32,000 nucleotides of DNA from Candidatus Electronema halotolerans (GTDB lineage: Bacteria > Desulfobacterota > Desulfobulbia > Desulfobulbales > Desulfobulbaceae). This document shows, one piece after another, positions 9,023-18,474 of the stretch. Position 1 is the stretch's first letter, and every line of letters begins with the position of its first letter. The stretch spans positions 3,167,951 to 3,199,950 of the forward strand of contig OW818675.1 of NCBI GenBank assembly GCA_942493095.1, read 5' to 3'. The position numbers were made by a program, and so were the translations under genes. Under the pieces are notes generated by a model that did no database searches, was not told the DNA's origin, and saw only the letters and a list, made by a program, of their open reading frames with translations.

Positions 9023-9061
9023 AAAAAAGGCACCTCCTTTCCAAGAGATGCCTTCCTTTTT
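9023..9061. terminator. bidirectional rho-independent terminator between convergent units
   Basis: The stem is ggcacctc (9029-9036) / gagatgcc (9045-9052). That gives 8 bp on the minus-strand RNA (one G-U pair) and 7 of 8 on the plus strand, with an 8-nt loop. It is flanked by A6 (9023-9028, which is U6 for the minus-strand DUF4340 transcript) and by ttccttttt on the plus side. Confidence 0.65.
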
Positions 9062-9081
9062 GCAATGTCGTTTGACCGTCC

Positions 9082-10164
9082 TTATTCAACCGTATTGCTC
9101 TCCTCCTGCGGAACAGGCGGCGCAGCATCTGCCGGTTCTTGCGAAGGAGCAACGTTGCTTTCCTGTGCTGCCGGAACTGGAGAAGTCTGCTCTGCTTGCT
9201 CTGTCTGCCCTGAAGGAGCAGCGGCAGGAACTGATGCAGCCTCCGCCTTCTTCACCAGCAAACTCTCCCGCTTCACCTTGGTCAGCTCCTCAGCCTGCCA
9301 CTTGCCGACCTTGAAATACAGCTCGCTGTTCGACATCTTGAGGACATACTCATCCTTGTCCTTGGCTAAGTTATACGTCACTGTGCTGCCGTCATTCTTA
9401 GTAACGACAAACTGCACAGCCGGGGCCTGCTGGAAGAGCGGGGCCGCTTTCGCCGGATCAAGCACGGCCTCGACACTCAGGCCGGTGATCGTGTTGAGCA
9501 GCTTGTCCACCTCATCCTTGGAGGCTTCGCCCTCCGCCGCGCCGTCCAAGAGCCAGTCCTTGTCCTTGCGGGTCAGGGAAATATCCCCTGTCGTCACCTG
9601 CTTCAGCTCCTCCCGGTTCAGGCGGGCAACGGTCTTATCCAACCAGCCGTCTGCTGTCGCCTCTGCGTCAAAGTCGCTGACCGGAATGGTGAAGACCGCA
9701 GCCTGCCCATTGACGCGGGCGTAGCTCTGCCGCAGTCCTGCCGACTTGCCGAGATAGAAATCAGCAACGATCTTGTCGCCTTCCTTGAAGACGAGATGGC
9801 GGTTGAAGTCCTTGTCCGCTGTCTGGAAGCGTTTGGCCGCCCCCTCAGTCGAGGCCACAGCCAGCCCTTGCTTGGCTGCCGCGATTTTCTTCAGCAGACT
9901 TTCAACCTGGCTGCTGTTCGCAGGCGCGGAAAAAGCATCCGGCAGCAGCCAGCTCTTGTCCTTTTTGCGCAGAGTGACCTTCTTGCCGTCGCCCGCGCTG
10001 ATCTGCACCGTGCTGATCTTGTCAGGACTGAAGGCAAGGAAAAGGGCGTTCGGCTGGGCCGCATTCAGGCCGGAGCTGCTGCGCACTTGCAAGAAAAGAG
10101 CCGCGCCCAGTTGGAGAACAAGCAGGGCCGCTGCCGCATATATCAGACGTTGAATCATGGTCAT
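9082..10164 (-). CDS. DUF4340 domain protein (accessory component of the GldG-type ABC cluster)
   Basis: 360 aa with an N-terminal anchor MIQRLIYAAAALLVLQLGAALF. Its start overlaps the stop of the upstream permease gene (ATGA, 10161-10164). The C-terminus is a low-complexity Pro/Ala/Glu/Gln tail. Confidence 0.75.
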   Translation of the reverse strand: MTMIQRLIYAAAALLVLQLGAALFLQVRSSSGLNAAQPNALFLAFSPDKISTVQISAGDGKKVTLRKKDKSWLLPDAFSAPANSSQVESLLKKIAAAKQGLAVASTEGAAKRFQTADKDFNRHLVFKEGDKIVADFYLGKSAGLRQSYARVNGQAAVFTIPVSDFDAEATADGWLDKTVARLNREELKQVTTGDISLTRKDKDWLLDGAAEGEASKDEVDKLLNTITGLSVEAVLDPAKAAPLFQQAPAVQFVVTKNDGSTVTYNLAKDKDEYVLKMSNSELYFKVGKWQAEELTKVKRESLLVKKAEAASVPAAAPSGQTEQAEQTSPVPAAQESNVAPSQEPADAAPPVPQEESNTVE

Positions 10165-13070
10165 ACCCTCCCAGAAATCGGTTGCAGAAAGGCGAGTTGC
10201 GCCCGCTTGGTCCGCTGCTGGAGCTGCTGCCTGATCAGCCAGATCAGAGCCAGTCCGAGCAGGGCCAAGGCATAATTGAGATACTCAATGACCATCTGCT
10301 TCTGCTTGCTCATCGGCGCAAGGGTGCGGGAGAAATGGCCGCGTCCCCGGATGGCGAGCAGACCCCGGTCTTCGAGCGACCAGTCAACCGCATTGGCCGC
10401 AAGCTGCACCGGAGCTAAATAACTGCTGCGCATGACGCTGGAGCTGATGCCAAGAATCGGGTCGCTGAGGAAACTGCTGGAGGCAAAGAGAATGATCCGG
10501 GCTGTGTCTGGCGACTTGTCCAACTGGCGGATGATCACCTGTTCTTTTTTCTCCTTGTCATCCTTTTTATCACCATCTGATTTCGGCTTTTCCTCGGCCT
10601 TGTCATCCTGTTGCAGCAAGGGCGAGGGTTTGCCAGCAAAATAGGAAGCAAAGCTGCCTTCCACTGCCGCTGCCAGCAGATGCTTTTCCTGTTTGCCCTC
10701 AATCGCAAAGCCCAAGTCAGGGTAGCGGTCAAAATCCGGCTGAATCTCAGTGGAAGAGGAAAGCCAGCTCTTGTCCGAGCTTTCCAGGAGGCGGATGACC
10801 TTGCGGCCTTTGTTCTTGGCCTGATCAATGCTGATCGGCGAGGCCCAGTTCAGGGTGATTTGATTCAGGCCGACTGTGAGACCGCTGTCCTCGTTCATGC
10901 CATCCGGGCGGATGTCAGCAAAATACGGATACTTGACTAAATGCGTCTCGCGCACCGTGAAGCCGCCGATCTGCCGCTCCGCAGGCACTGGAAAGGGACT
11001 GTTCTGCAGATCAAGCACCAGCTTTTTATCCATACTGATGCCGTAATGGGCCAGCCAGTCTTCCAGCCCGGTTTTTTCCGGGGCAATGGACAAAGCACCG
11101 TCCAAATTGATCTTATAGGGCGAGGCGGCAATGATCACCGTGCCGCCCTGCATGAGGAACTGATCAACCGCAAAAAGCTGCTGCTCGTCCAGATTTTCCG
11201 GCGCAGCCAGAAGCAGCAGGTCAGCCTCGCTCGGCACCTGACCTTTGCGCAAATCCGTGTCTTTGACGACATGCTCCTGCGAGAGCACATCCTTCAACGC
11301 AGTAAAGGGGAGACCATGTCCCGGCATCCCGAACTGGGGCATGGGCGGACTGCTCTCCGGCACGTTCAGAGCCACGGTCTTGGCAAAACCGCTGGCAAAA
11401 CGCTTCAGCCCGGCTTGCAAGGACTGGCGCAGGCTTTCTTTGGCCAAATCGTCGGGCAGGGGAATTTCCAGCACCTGCTCGCCGCTGGCCAAGGTGATGT
11501 AGAACCAGAAGGTGTTCCGGTCAAAAAGACTGGCGGTCATGGGCTGGAAGCCGAATTCCTCCTTGATTTTCTGAGCTGTCTTGCCGTTGTCCGCATCCGG
11601 GTCAGCCACGCTGTAGCTGAAGCGGCCATTGCTTTCTGCTTTCAAATCCTTGGCCAGATCAAGCAGATCAGCCTTGAGCTTGCGCAGCTCCTCCGGCAGC
11701 AGCTCATCAGGTGAGAAATAGCCGGTCAGGGTCACGGGCTTGCTGATCGAGCTGAACAGGTCGCCGCCGCCTTGGTAACTGTAGAGTACCTTCTTGATGG
11801 CCCGCGTGATGTCATACTCAGGGTTGCGCAGGTCAACATCAAGATTGCGCTCGTCCTGGGCCTTGACTTCGATGAGGTCGCGGAAGCCGAGCGTCTCAAA
11901 CTGGTCGCCGTAACGAATCAAGATGTCAAAATAGGAGTTAGTGACCGAGGCCTGATACTTGCTCGCGGTCTGGAAGGGCACAGGCTGGATGCCGTACTTC
12001 TGGCCTGCTTCCTTTTCCAAGTCCGGGTGTTCTGCTGGATCAACAAATTCCACCCGCACCTTGTCGCCGCCTGCGACAGCGTATTCTGCCAGCAGGTCGC
12101 GCAGACGCGGCACCAAGGGAGCCAGCAAAGGATGGGTCTGGGCCGAGAAATAGCCTCGGATCAGCAGCGGCTCGCGGAGCTGGTGGAGATAGCTGCGCGT
12201 GGCCTCAGAAATGGAATAGATATGCCCCTTGGTTATGTCAGCGCGGATGCTGTTGAGCGGGGCCAGCCAGAAGTTGGCTGCCAAGAAGTTGGCAATCAGC
12301 AGGCCGATGGCGATTTGCCAGCTCTTATGATGGCTGCTGGTTGGATTGTCCGCCCAGCGGATTTTCTCCAAGCCGTAGATGTTGAGGCTGAGAAAAATTG
12401 CCGTGATGCAGATATAATAGTAAATATCGCGCAGGTCGATCACCCCGCGTGTGATGGATTTGAAGCGCGAGCCGGAGCCGAGCAGTTGCAGGAGTTCCGC
12501 GCCTTGGTTGCCAAAAAAGGCGGACAGGGTGTCAGAACCTATCATGTAAAGCAGGCCGCAGATCAGCGACGCAGCGATCAGGCTGACAATCTGGCTCTCT
12601 GACTTGATGCTGACAAAAAGACCGATGGCAATGTATGCCGCAGATAGGCAGAGCGCGGCCACATAACCGCCTATAACCGGCCCCCAGTCCAGCGGCCCCA
12701 AAAAACTCACTGTGATGGCGAGCGGCAGGGTCAGGAGCAGGGCCAAGGCAATCAGGCCGAGGCAGGCGAGAAATTTTCCCAAGACCAAAGAGAGAGGCCG
12801 CACCGGCGCGGTCAGGAGAAATTCCAAGGTTCCGGCCCGCCGTTCCTCCGCCCAGATCCGCATGGTGATGGCGGCGGAAAGAAAGATCAGCAGCACGGGC
12901 ATCCACTCGAACAGCGGGCGAATGTCAGCGATATTTCTGGAGAAGAAGGTCTCAACCCAGAAAAAGACGAACAGGGAGACTGCCAAAAATGCGCCCAGGA
13001 CAATAAAGGCTGCCGGACTGCTGAAAAATGCGCCAAACTCCTTTTTGGCGACACGTAAAATCGTGCTCAT
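10161..13070 (-). CDS. fusion of an ABC-2 type permease (GldF-like) and a GldG-like ABC transport auxiliary domain
   Basis: 969 aa. The first ~240 aa form a polytopic ABC-2 permease (VAKKEFGAFFSSPAAFIVLGAFL...EERRAGTLEFLLTAP). The rest is GldG-like (LLIRGYFSAQTHPLLAPLVPRLRDLLAEY...), ending in a C-terminal TM segment. Confidence 0.8.
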   Translation of the reverse strand: MSTILRVAKKEFGAFFSSPAAFIVLGAFLAVSLFVFFWVETFFSRNIADIRPLFEWMPVLLIFLSAAITMRIWAEERRAGTLEFLLTAPVRPLSLVLGKFLACLGLIALALLLTLPLAITVSFLGPLDWGPVIGGYVAALCLSAAYIAIGLFVSIKSESQIVSLIAASLICGLLYMIGSDTLSAFFGNQGAELLQLLGSGSRFKSITRGVIDLRDIYYYICITAIFLSLNIYGLEKIRWADNPTSSHHKSWQIAIGLLIANFLAANFWLAPLNSIRADITKGHIYSISEATRSYLHQLREPLLIRGYFSAQTHPLLAPLVPRLRDLLAEYAVAGGDKVRVEFVDPAEHPDLEKEAGQKYGIQPVPFQTASKYQASVTNSYFDILIRYGDQFETLGFRDLIEVKAQDERNLDVDLRNPEYDITRAIKKVLYSYQGGGDLFSSISKPVTLTGYFSPDELLPEELRKLKADLLDLAKDLKAESNGRFSYSVADPDADNGKTAQKIKEEFGFQPMTASLFDRNTFWFYITLASGEQVLEIPLPDDLAKESLRQSLQAGLKRFASGFAKTVALNVPESSPPMPQFGMPGHGLPFTALKDVLSQEHVVKDTDLRKGQVPSEADLLLLAAPENLDEQQLFAVDQFLMQGGTVIIAASPYKINLDGALSIAPEKTGLEDWLAHYGISMDKKLVLDLQNSPFPVPAERQIGGFTVRETHLVKYPYFADIRPDGMNEDSGLTVGLNQITLNWASPISIDQAKNKGRKVIRLLESSDKSWLSSSTEIQPDFDRYPDLGFAIEGKQEKHLLAAAVEGSFASYFAGKPSPLLQQDDKAEEKPKSDGDKKDDKEKKEQVIIRQLDKSPDTARIILFASSSFLSDPILGISSSVMRSSYLAPVQLAANAVDWSLEDRGLLAIRGRGHFSRTLAPMSKQKQMVIEYLNYALALLGLALIWLIRQQLQQRTKRAQLAFLQPISGRV

Positions 13071-13085
13071 TGCGTTTTCCTCCTT

Positions 13086-14003
13086 TCAGCCGCTGATCTC
13101 GGCGAACACTGTTTCCAAGGTTCTGGTCTCAAAATGCAGGGCATAAAGCGGCCAGTTCTGCTCCTGCACTGCCTTGGCAATGGCAGCGGCAGCCTCTTTG
13201 TTGTCGATGCCGTTGTGCAGCTCCAAGGCAAAAGCACTTTTCCCGGCAGCAGCTGCCTTGGCGACCTGCGGCAGAGAGCTGAACAGCCGCAGAGCCTGCT
13301 CCTGCTCTGCCTTGGTGCTGACCAGCAGCCTGCCGCTCTGGCGCAGTTCGTCAAGACGGGCATCCAGAGCGACGCAGCCGTTTTTAATGATGATCACCCT
13401 GCCGCAAATTGCCTGCACCTCTTGGAGAATATGGGTGGAAATGATCACGGTGGCGGTCTTGGCCAGCTCGGTGATCAGGCTGCGCATCTGAAGAATCTGG
13501 GTCGGATCAAGGCCGTTGGTCGGCTCGTCAAGGATGAGGATTTCCGGCTTGTGGAGGATGGCTTGAGCCACGCCGACCCGCTGCCGGTAGCCGCGTGACA
13601 GGGTGGCAATCGGTTCTGCCGCCTTTGCCGCCAAGGCAGTGCGCTCCACTGCCTCCCGCACCAGAGCGGGCCGTTCTTTCTCGGCGATGCCGTGCAGGGC
13701 GGCGCAGTAGTCAAGATAGCCGAGAATGCTCATCTCCGCGTAAGCTGGGCAGTTTTCCGGCAGGTAGCCAATCTTTTCCTGGATTTTCCGCCGGTCACTG
13801 CTGATGCTCAGGCTGTCAATGCGGATGCTGCCTGCGGTGGGTTCCAGATAGCCAGTCATCATCTTCATGACCGTGGTCTTGCCTGCGCCGTTGTGGCCGA
13901 GCAGACCGACAATTTCACCGGGGCTGATCTCGAACGAGACATTGTTGACCGCTGTGAAGTCCCCGTATTTTCTGGTCAGTTTTTCAACGTTGATCATGGG
14001 CAA
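13086..14003 (-). CDS. ABC transporter ATP-binding protein (GldA-like)
   Basis: 305 aa. Walker A GHNGAGKTT, signature LSRGYRQR, Walker B ILILDEP. It is the first gene of the minus-strand ABC operon. Confidence 0.9.
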   Translation of the reverse strand: MPMINVEKLTRKYGDFTAVNNVSFEISPGEIVGLLGHNGAGKTTVMKMMTGYLEPTAGSIRIDSLSISSDRRKIQEKIGYLPENCPAYAEMSILGYLDYCAALHGIAEKERPALVREAVERTALAAKAAEPIATLSRGYRQRVGVAQAILHKPEILILDEPTNGLDPTQILQMRSLITELAKTATVIISTHILQEVQAICGRVIIIKNGCVALDARLDELRQSGRLLVSTKAEQEQALRLFSSLPQVAKAAAAGKSAFALELHNGIDNKEAAAAIAKAVQEQNWPLYALHFETRTLETVFAEISG

Positions 14004-14383
14004 TCTCCTCAGATCGTTTTGTTGAACGAAAAAGATTCCCGCTGGAAAAACTGGGATGCAGCGATATCAGGGCAGGGGTTGCAGAAAGTCTCGCAGCAGT
14101 TTTCCGCAGGCGCGGAACGGGACCTGTGCAGCCGGAGCCGGGATGCTCTGGCAAGGCGCAGAGTTTCCAGCAAAGGAAGCAACCGGCGGAAATAATAAAA
14201 TCAGCAGCGGAAAAGTCAAGGGGCTGGAGTCCTTTTTCTGATGCTCGTTACGATTTCTGAACCATCCATCATGTCTCTTTCGTTTGCGCTCTCAAGGAGA
14301 ATATGGTAATGATGATGCGCCATGCTGAACGACAATGTCCTTTCCAAGGAATCTGACCGCAACTCTTCAACCTGATTGCAACA

Positions 14384-15781
14384 ATGTCCCGCTGTTCACG
14401 CAGTCTTCCTGCCGCTCTTGTCCTGCTGCTCTGCACGCCCACGCTGCTGTTCGCCTCAGAGGGCGGCGGCCACGGACTGGCCATTTCGCCTGTCTGGATT
14501 TTCCCCTTTGCCATGCTGCTGGGCTGCATTGCCGTCCTGCCGCTCGTGGTTCATCACTGGTGGGAGCACAACCGCAACCGGGCCATCATCAGCGGCTCGT
14601 TCGCGCTCATCTTTGCTGTCTATCTGCTGCTCAATTTTGGTCATGCGGGCTGGGTGGCCCTGTATCACGCCATCTTGTATGAATATCTGCCCTTCATCGT
14701 TCTGCTGGGCGCGCTGTTCATCATTTCCGGTGGAATCTATATCAAAGGCTCTTTGGCAGGCAGCCCGCTTTCCAACACGGTCATGCTGCTCATTGGGGCG
14801 GTCAGCTCCAGCTTTATCGGCACCACCGGCGCATCCATGGTCCTGATCCGTCCTTTTATCAGGGCTAACGAGAAGCGGGAGCAGAAGGTGCATCTTGTTG
14901 TCTTCTTTATCTTCATTGTTTCCAACTGCGGCGGCCTGCTCACCCCGCTCGGCGACCCGCCCCTGTTCCTCGGCTTTCTGAAAGGCGTTCATTTTAGCTG
15001 GACCCTGCGGCTTTGGAAGGAATGGCTGTTTGTCAACGGCGGCCTGCTTCTTACCGCCTATTGTCTCGATCATTTTGTCTTCAACCGCGAGAAGAAACGG
15101 CACAGCGTCGATGAGGCGATGCGGCACGAGCCGCTGCGCATTCTTGGCTGGCACAATTTCTTGTTCTTGGCCGGAATTGTGCTGGTCATTCTTGGCAAAG
15201 GCGAAGGCTGGGGCGGCGAATGGCCCTTTGGCATGCAGGAGGGTCTGATGGCCGGAATTGCGCTGGCTGCCTATTTCACCACCAGAAAGGGCATTCGCAG
15301 ATGCAACCGGTTTTCTTTTACTCCGATCATTGAGGTGGCCATCCTTTTTGCAGGCATTTTCATCACCATGATTGCCCCGCTCATGGTCCTCAACACGCAC
15401 GGCAAGGAACTGGGCCTGAACGAGCCGTGGCATTTTTTCTGGGCAACCGGCCTGCTGTCCAGCTTTCTTGACAACGCCCCGACCTATCTGACCTTTGCCG
15501 CCACTGCCTGCGGCCATCTTGGGGTCAGTGTGGAAGGACAGAAATATCTGGCTGAATTCCTTGCCGTTGGCGGTGCTGAAGCGGCCCGCCTGCTGGTGGC
15601 GATTTCCTGCGGCGCGGTCTTCATGGGAGCCAACACCTATATTGGCAATGGCCCCAATTTCATGGTCAAGGCCATTGCCGAGGAGAACGGAGTCAGGATG
15701 CCGAGCTTCTTTGGCTACATGGCTTGGTCAGGAGCGATTCTGATTCCCCTGTTTATTTTGGTGACAGTGGTATTTTTCTAA
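14384..15781 (+). CDS. ArsB/NhaD-superfamily permease (putative sodium:proton antiporter / anion permease)
   Basis: 465 aa and highly hydrophobic with many TM segments. The conserved segment LSSFLDNAPTYLTF is typical of this permease family. Confidence 0.75.
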   Translation: MSRCSRSLPAALVLLLCTPTLLFASEGGGHGLAISPVWIFPFAMLLGCIAVLPLVVHHWWEHNRNRAIISGSFALIFAVYLLLNFGHAGWVALYHAILYEYLPFIVLLGALFIISGGIYIKGSLAGSPLSNTVMLLIGAVSSSFIGTTGASMVLIRPFIRANEKREQKVHLVVFFIFIVSNCGGLLTPLGDPPLFLGFLKGVHFSWTLRLWKEWLFVNGGLLLTAYCLDHFVFNREKKRHSVDEAMRHEPLRILGWHNFLFLAGIVLVILGKGEGWGGEWPFGMQEGLMAGIALAAYFTTRKGIRRCNRFSFTPIIEVAILFAGIFITMIAPLMVLNTHGKELGLNEPWHFFWATGLLSSFLDNAPTYLTFAATACGHLGVSVEGQKYLAEFLAVGGAEAARLLVAISCGAVFMGANTYIGNGPNFMVKAIAEENGVRMPSFFGYMAWSGAILIPLFILVTVVFF

Positions 15782-15851
15782 GGTTGCTGCTACAATGCCC
15801 GGCGGACATGATGATGAACGGCATTCTGCAACCAGCAAACAAGGTGTGAAG

Positions 15852-16520
15852 ATGAAAAAAACGTTTTTCTGGCCAGCCGCGCTCGGTCTGGCCATTATCA
15901 GCAGCCCGGCGGCCAGCCACGGCCAGAACAGCAGCCCCTTGCTGCCGATTGAGGAATACAACCAGATCGCGTCCCAGCATCCCAATTTTGCTCCAGTCTA
16001 TTTTGAACGGGGCATGGCCCGCTTCAGTGCCAAAGACTATAGCAATGCCATCCCGGATCTGACCAAGGCGGCGCAGATGCGTCCCAATGATGCGGATGCG
16101 CATTACATGCGCGGGGCCGCCTATCTCGCCGCCGGTCAGCTTGATCAGGCGGTGACGGATTTGGACAAGGCTGCGGAACTGGAAAGAAACATGTTTGTCG
16201 AAACCTATAAAATGCGCGGCAATCTCTACTTGACCAGAGCCTATTTCAGCAAGACGGACAACAACCGCCTTGCCGATGCTGAGGCGGCAATCAAGAATTT
16301 TGATGAGATAGTCCGTCTCAATCCTGACTGCGCTGAAGCCCGCTACAACCGGGGGCGCGGCTATTTTGCCCAAGCCTATTTTTCCAATTCCAGTGCCGAG
16401 CAGGCTATTGCTGATTTTGACAAAGCCCTCAGCATCAATCCGAATTTTGAGGCGGCGCAGAAGGAACGGGAATCTGCGCTCAATTACGAGCAAACGCGTA
16501 ACGGGCAAAAGTTGCATTGA
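15852..16520 (+). CDS. secreted tetratricopeptide-repeat protein
   Basis: The start is set at ATG 15852, where the signal peptide MKKTFFWPAALGLAIISSPAASHG begins. It contains repeated TPR-like units (ANAIPDLTKAAQMRPNDADAHYMRG, AIKNFDEIVRLNPDCAEARYNRG, AIADFDKALSINPNFEAA). Confidence 0.8.
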   Translation: MKKTFFWPAALGLAIISSPAASHGQNSSPLLPIEEYNQIASQHPNFAPVYFERGMARFSAKDYSNAIPDLTKAAQMRPNDADAHYMRGAAYLAAGQLDQAVTDLDKAAELERNMFVETYKMRGNLYLTRAYFSKTDNNRLADAEAAIKNFDEIVRLNPDCAEARYNRGRGYFAQAYFSNSSAEQAIADFDKALSINPNFEAAQKERESALNYEQTRNGQKLH

Positions 16521-16526
16521 GCGCGA

Positions 16527-17057
16527 ATGGATGCCAGCCCCCTGATCTGCATTGGCCTTGGCTCCAATCTTGGCCAGTCCCGCAAGCTGCTCTTGGCTGC
16601 CTGGCAGGTCTTGGGTCAGCATCCAGAAATACGCCTGCAGCAGCTCTCCCAGCCCTGTAGGACCAAGCCGGTCGGCATGAGCAGTCCGCATTGGTTCATC
16701 AATGCCGCCGGTCTGCTGCGCAGCTCCCTCAGCCCGGCAGCCCTGCTGGAGGTGCTGCTGGCGATTGAGCAGCGTTTCGGCAGAGTCCGCTCGCCAGAAC
16801 AGCAGGGGCATCAGGACCGAACCCTTGATCTTGATCTGCTCCTGATTGATCAGCATGTTCTGCGGACAGCAGAGCTTGTCCTGCCCCATCCAAAAATGCA
16901 GGAACGCCTCTTTGTCCTCGCGCCGCTGGCCGAGATCGCCCCAAACCTGCGCCATCCGCTTCTGGGCAAAACCATTGCCGAGCTGCTGGCTGATCTGCTG
17001 CCGCAAACGGAAGCAGGTTCTGTGGAGCCAGTCGCGTGGGAGGATGAACCGCAATGA
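16527..17057 (+). CDS. folK: 2-amino-4-hydroxy-6-hydroxymethyldihydropteridine diphosphokinase (HPPK)
   Basis: 176 aa. Matching segments are [43 protein letters not shown]. Confidence 0.85.
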   Translation: MDASPLICIGLGSNLGQSRKLLLAAWQVLGQHPEIRLQQLSQPCRTKPVGMSSPHWFINAAGLLRSSLSPAALLEVLLAIEQRFGRVRSPEQQGHQDRTLDLDLLLIDQHVLRTAELVLPHPKMQERLFVLAPLAEIAPNLRHPLLGKTIAELLADLLPQTEAGSVEPVAWEDEPQ

Positions 17058-17187
17058 AAGCGAAAACGTTGCCCTGCCACTTCTCTATTGCCTGCCGCGC
17101 CGCTTTGTTATAAGGTTTGGCGCAGATTTCTTACAGGCCGCCTTCAGCGGCAGCACAACGCATTTTCATGAAAAAGGACACAAACAG

Positions 17188-17793
17188 ATGGGTTTATTAG
17201 CAGGCACAGCCTCGTTCACCCGCTTCACGGTGGAGGGCGAGCTGCCCGGCAATCCGTGGGATTTCATTGCCGAGCAGGTGGCAAAGCACAGTTTCAAGGA
17301 TATTGACGAGACCCTTGATGAATTTTCTCTGGGCTGGGTTTCGGTCGGCGACATGTTCGACTCCAACTTCGCTTACGGTTCCTATGCCGCAGGCGACTAT
17401 GTGGCTCTGTCCATGCGCGTGGATGAGCGGCGGGTTTCTGCGGCAGTGCTGAAGAAATTCGCGGCCAAGGAGGAGGCGCGGATTAAAGAGGAACAGGATC
17501 TGCGCCGCTTGAGCCGCAGCGTTCGGCTGGAGATCAAGGAGCGGCTCAAGGCCGAGCTGATGCGCAAATCGCCGCCGGTGCCCGCAGTCTATGATTTCTG
17601 CTGGAATGTGCCGCAGGGCCGGGCGATTTTCTTTTCCAACAGCCGCAAGCCGCTGGCTCTGCTCGAAGAGCTGTTCAAAGAAACCTTTGGCCTGTCCTTA
17701 GTCATGCAGGTGCCGTGGAACACGGCCTTGCAGCTTGTTGATGAGACCACTGCGGCCAAGTTGGACACCCTTCAGCCTTCCCTGCTTATCTGA
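17188..17793 (+). CDS. RdgC-like protein, equivalent to the N-terminal two thirds of RdgC
   Basis: The start is set at ATG 17188; the long ORF from 16846 overlaps folK. MGLLAGTASFTRFTV...FSLGWVSVGDMF...VALSMRVDERRVSAAVLKK...RLSRSVRLEIKERLKAELMRKSPP follows the RdgC pattern (F..yrl, GWV, r.eek.lp, k.ek..lk.e) as I remember E. coli RdgC. Confidence 0.65.
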   Translation: MGLLAGTASFTRFTVEGELPGNPWDFIAEQVAKHSFKDIDETLDEFSLGWVSVGDMFDSNFAYGSYAAGDYVALSMRVDERRVSAAVLKKFAAKEEARIKEEQDLRRLSRSVRLEIKERLKAELMRKSPPVPAVYDFCWNVPQGRAIFFSNSRKPLALLEELFKETFGLSLVMQVPWNTALQLVDETTAAKLDTLQPSLLI

Positions 17794-17808
17794 CCCGGAG
17801 AAAACACA

Positions 17809-18360
17809 ATGGACCTGCTTGATCTGATAGAAGAAAAACGTTTTCTCGGCCAGGAGTTCCTGATCTGGCTCTGGTGCAGTTCCGAGGAGCGCGGCGGCAG
17901 CGTCATGCTGCCGGACCGGAGCGAAGTGTCAGTGCTCTTTGAAAAACACATGCTGCTTGAATTCGGCGAAGGGGCGGAGTGCGAGAAGCTGGTCTGCCGG
18001 GGCCAGATGACTGAACTGCGCGAGGCTCGCGCTGGTCTGGCCTTGGGCAAGAGGCCTGAGCAGGCCCGGCTCAAAATCATCCGTGACGAGCGCGAATACG
18101 GCTTCACTTTGACCGCCGCCACAATGGAATTCCGCAGCATGAAACTGCCTGCCACAGCGGGCGCGGATGATGGCGGCGATGACCGGGCCGGACTGGAAGG
18201 GCAGATTCTCGAACGCATTTCCCTGATCGAAGAGGGCATTGATTTGGTCAACGCCCTTTTCCGCCGCTTCCTGCTGCTCCGGGCCTCTGATGAATGGGCC
18301 AAGGAACTGATCAAGCTGCGGCAGTGGATCAGCAGCGGCCCAGAGTTCGCAGCGGCCTGA
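17809..18360 (+). CDS. RdgC C-terminal-like protein
   Basis: 183 aa, starting 15 nt after the previous gene. FLGQEFLIWLWCSSE...ALGKRPEQARLKIIRDEREYGFTLTAATMEFRSMKLP resembles the C-terminal third of RdgC. Confidence 0.55.
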   Translation: MDLLDLIEEKRFLGQEFLIWLWCSSEERGGSVMLPDRSEVSVLFEKHMLLEFGEGAECEKLVCRGQMTELREARAGLALGKRPEQARLKIIRDEREYGFTLTAATMEFRSMKLPATAGADDGGDDRAGLEGQILERISLIEEGIDLVNALFRRFLLLRASDEWAKELIKLRQWISSGPEFAAA

Positions 18361-18474
18361 GCAAAAAGAAAAGTTGCCAAAGCAGACCACCCCCTCCTTT
18401 GGGGCAGGCGCAGCCTGACGGGGTGGTTGACAGGTTTCAAGAACGCAGAACCTCAACTACAACCATGCCCAGCC

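Noticed and set aside
8725-9033. 102-aa and 66-aa minus-strand ORFs
   Set aside because: They are antisense to the thrombospondin-type repeat fragment, whose plus-strand reading gives an unmistakable repeat motif.
14456-15517. 353-aa minus-strand ORF
   Set aside because: It is antisense to the polytopic permease gene, whose hydrophobicity pattern is convincing.
15753-17054. 433-aa minus-strand ORF
   Set aside because: It spans and is antisense to the TPR gene and folK, both motif-supported. It has no motifs of its own.
16846-17187. Upstream extension of the RdgC-like ORF (315-aa version)
   Set aside because: It overlaps the 3' half of folK in another frame. The conserved RdgC-like sequence begins at the internal ATG 17188.
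18386-18427. 8-bp inverted repeat (accacccc / ggggtggt) after the second RdgC-like gene
   Set aside because: It has a 26-nt loop and no U-tract. It is too weak to call a terminator or regulatory hairpin.
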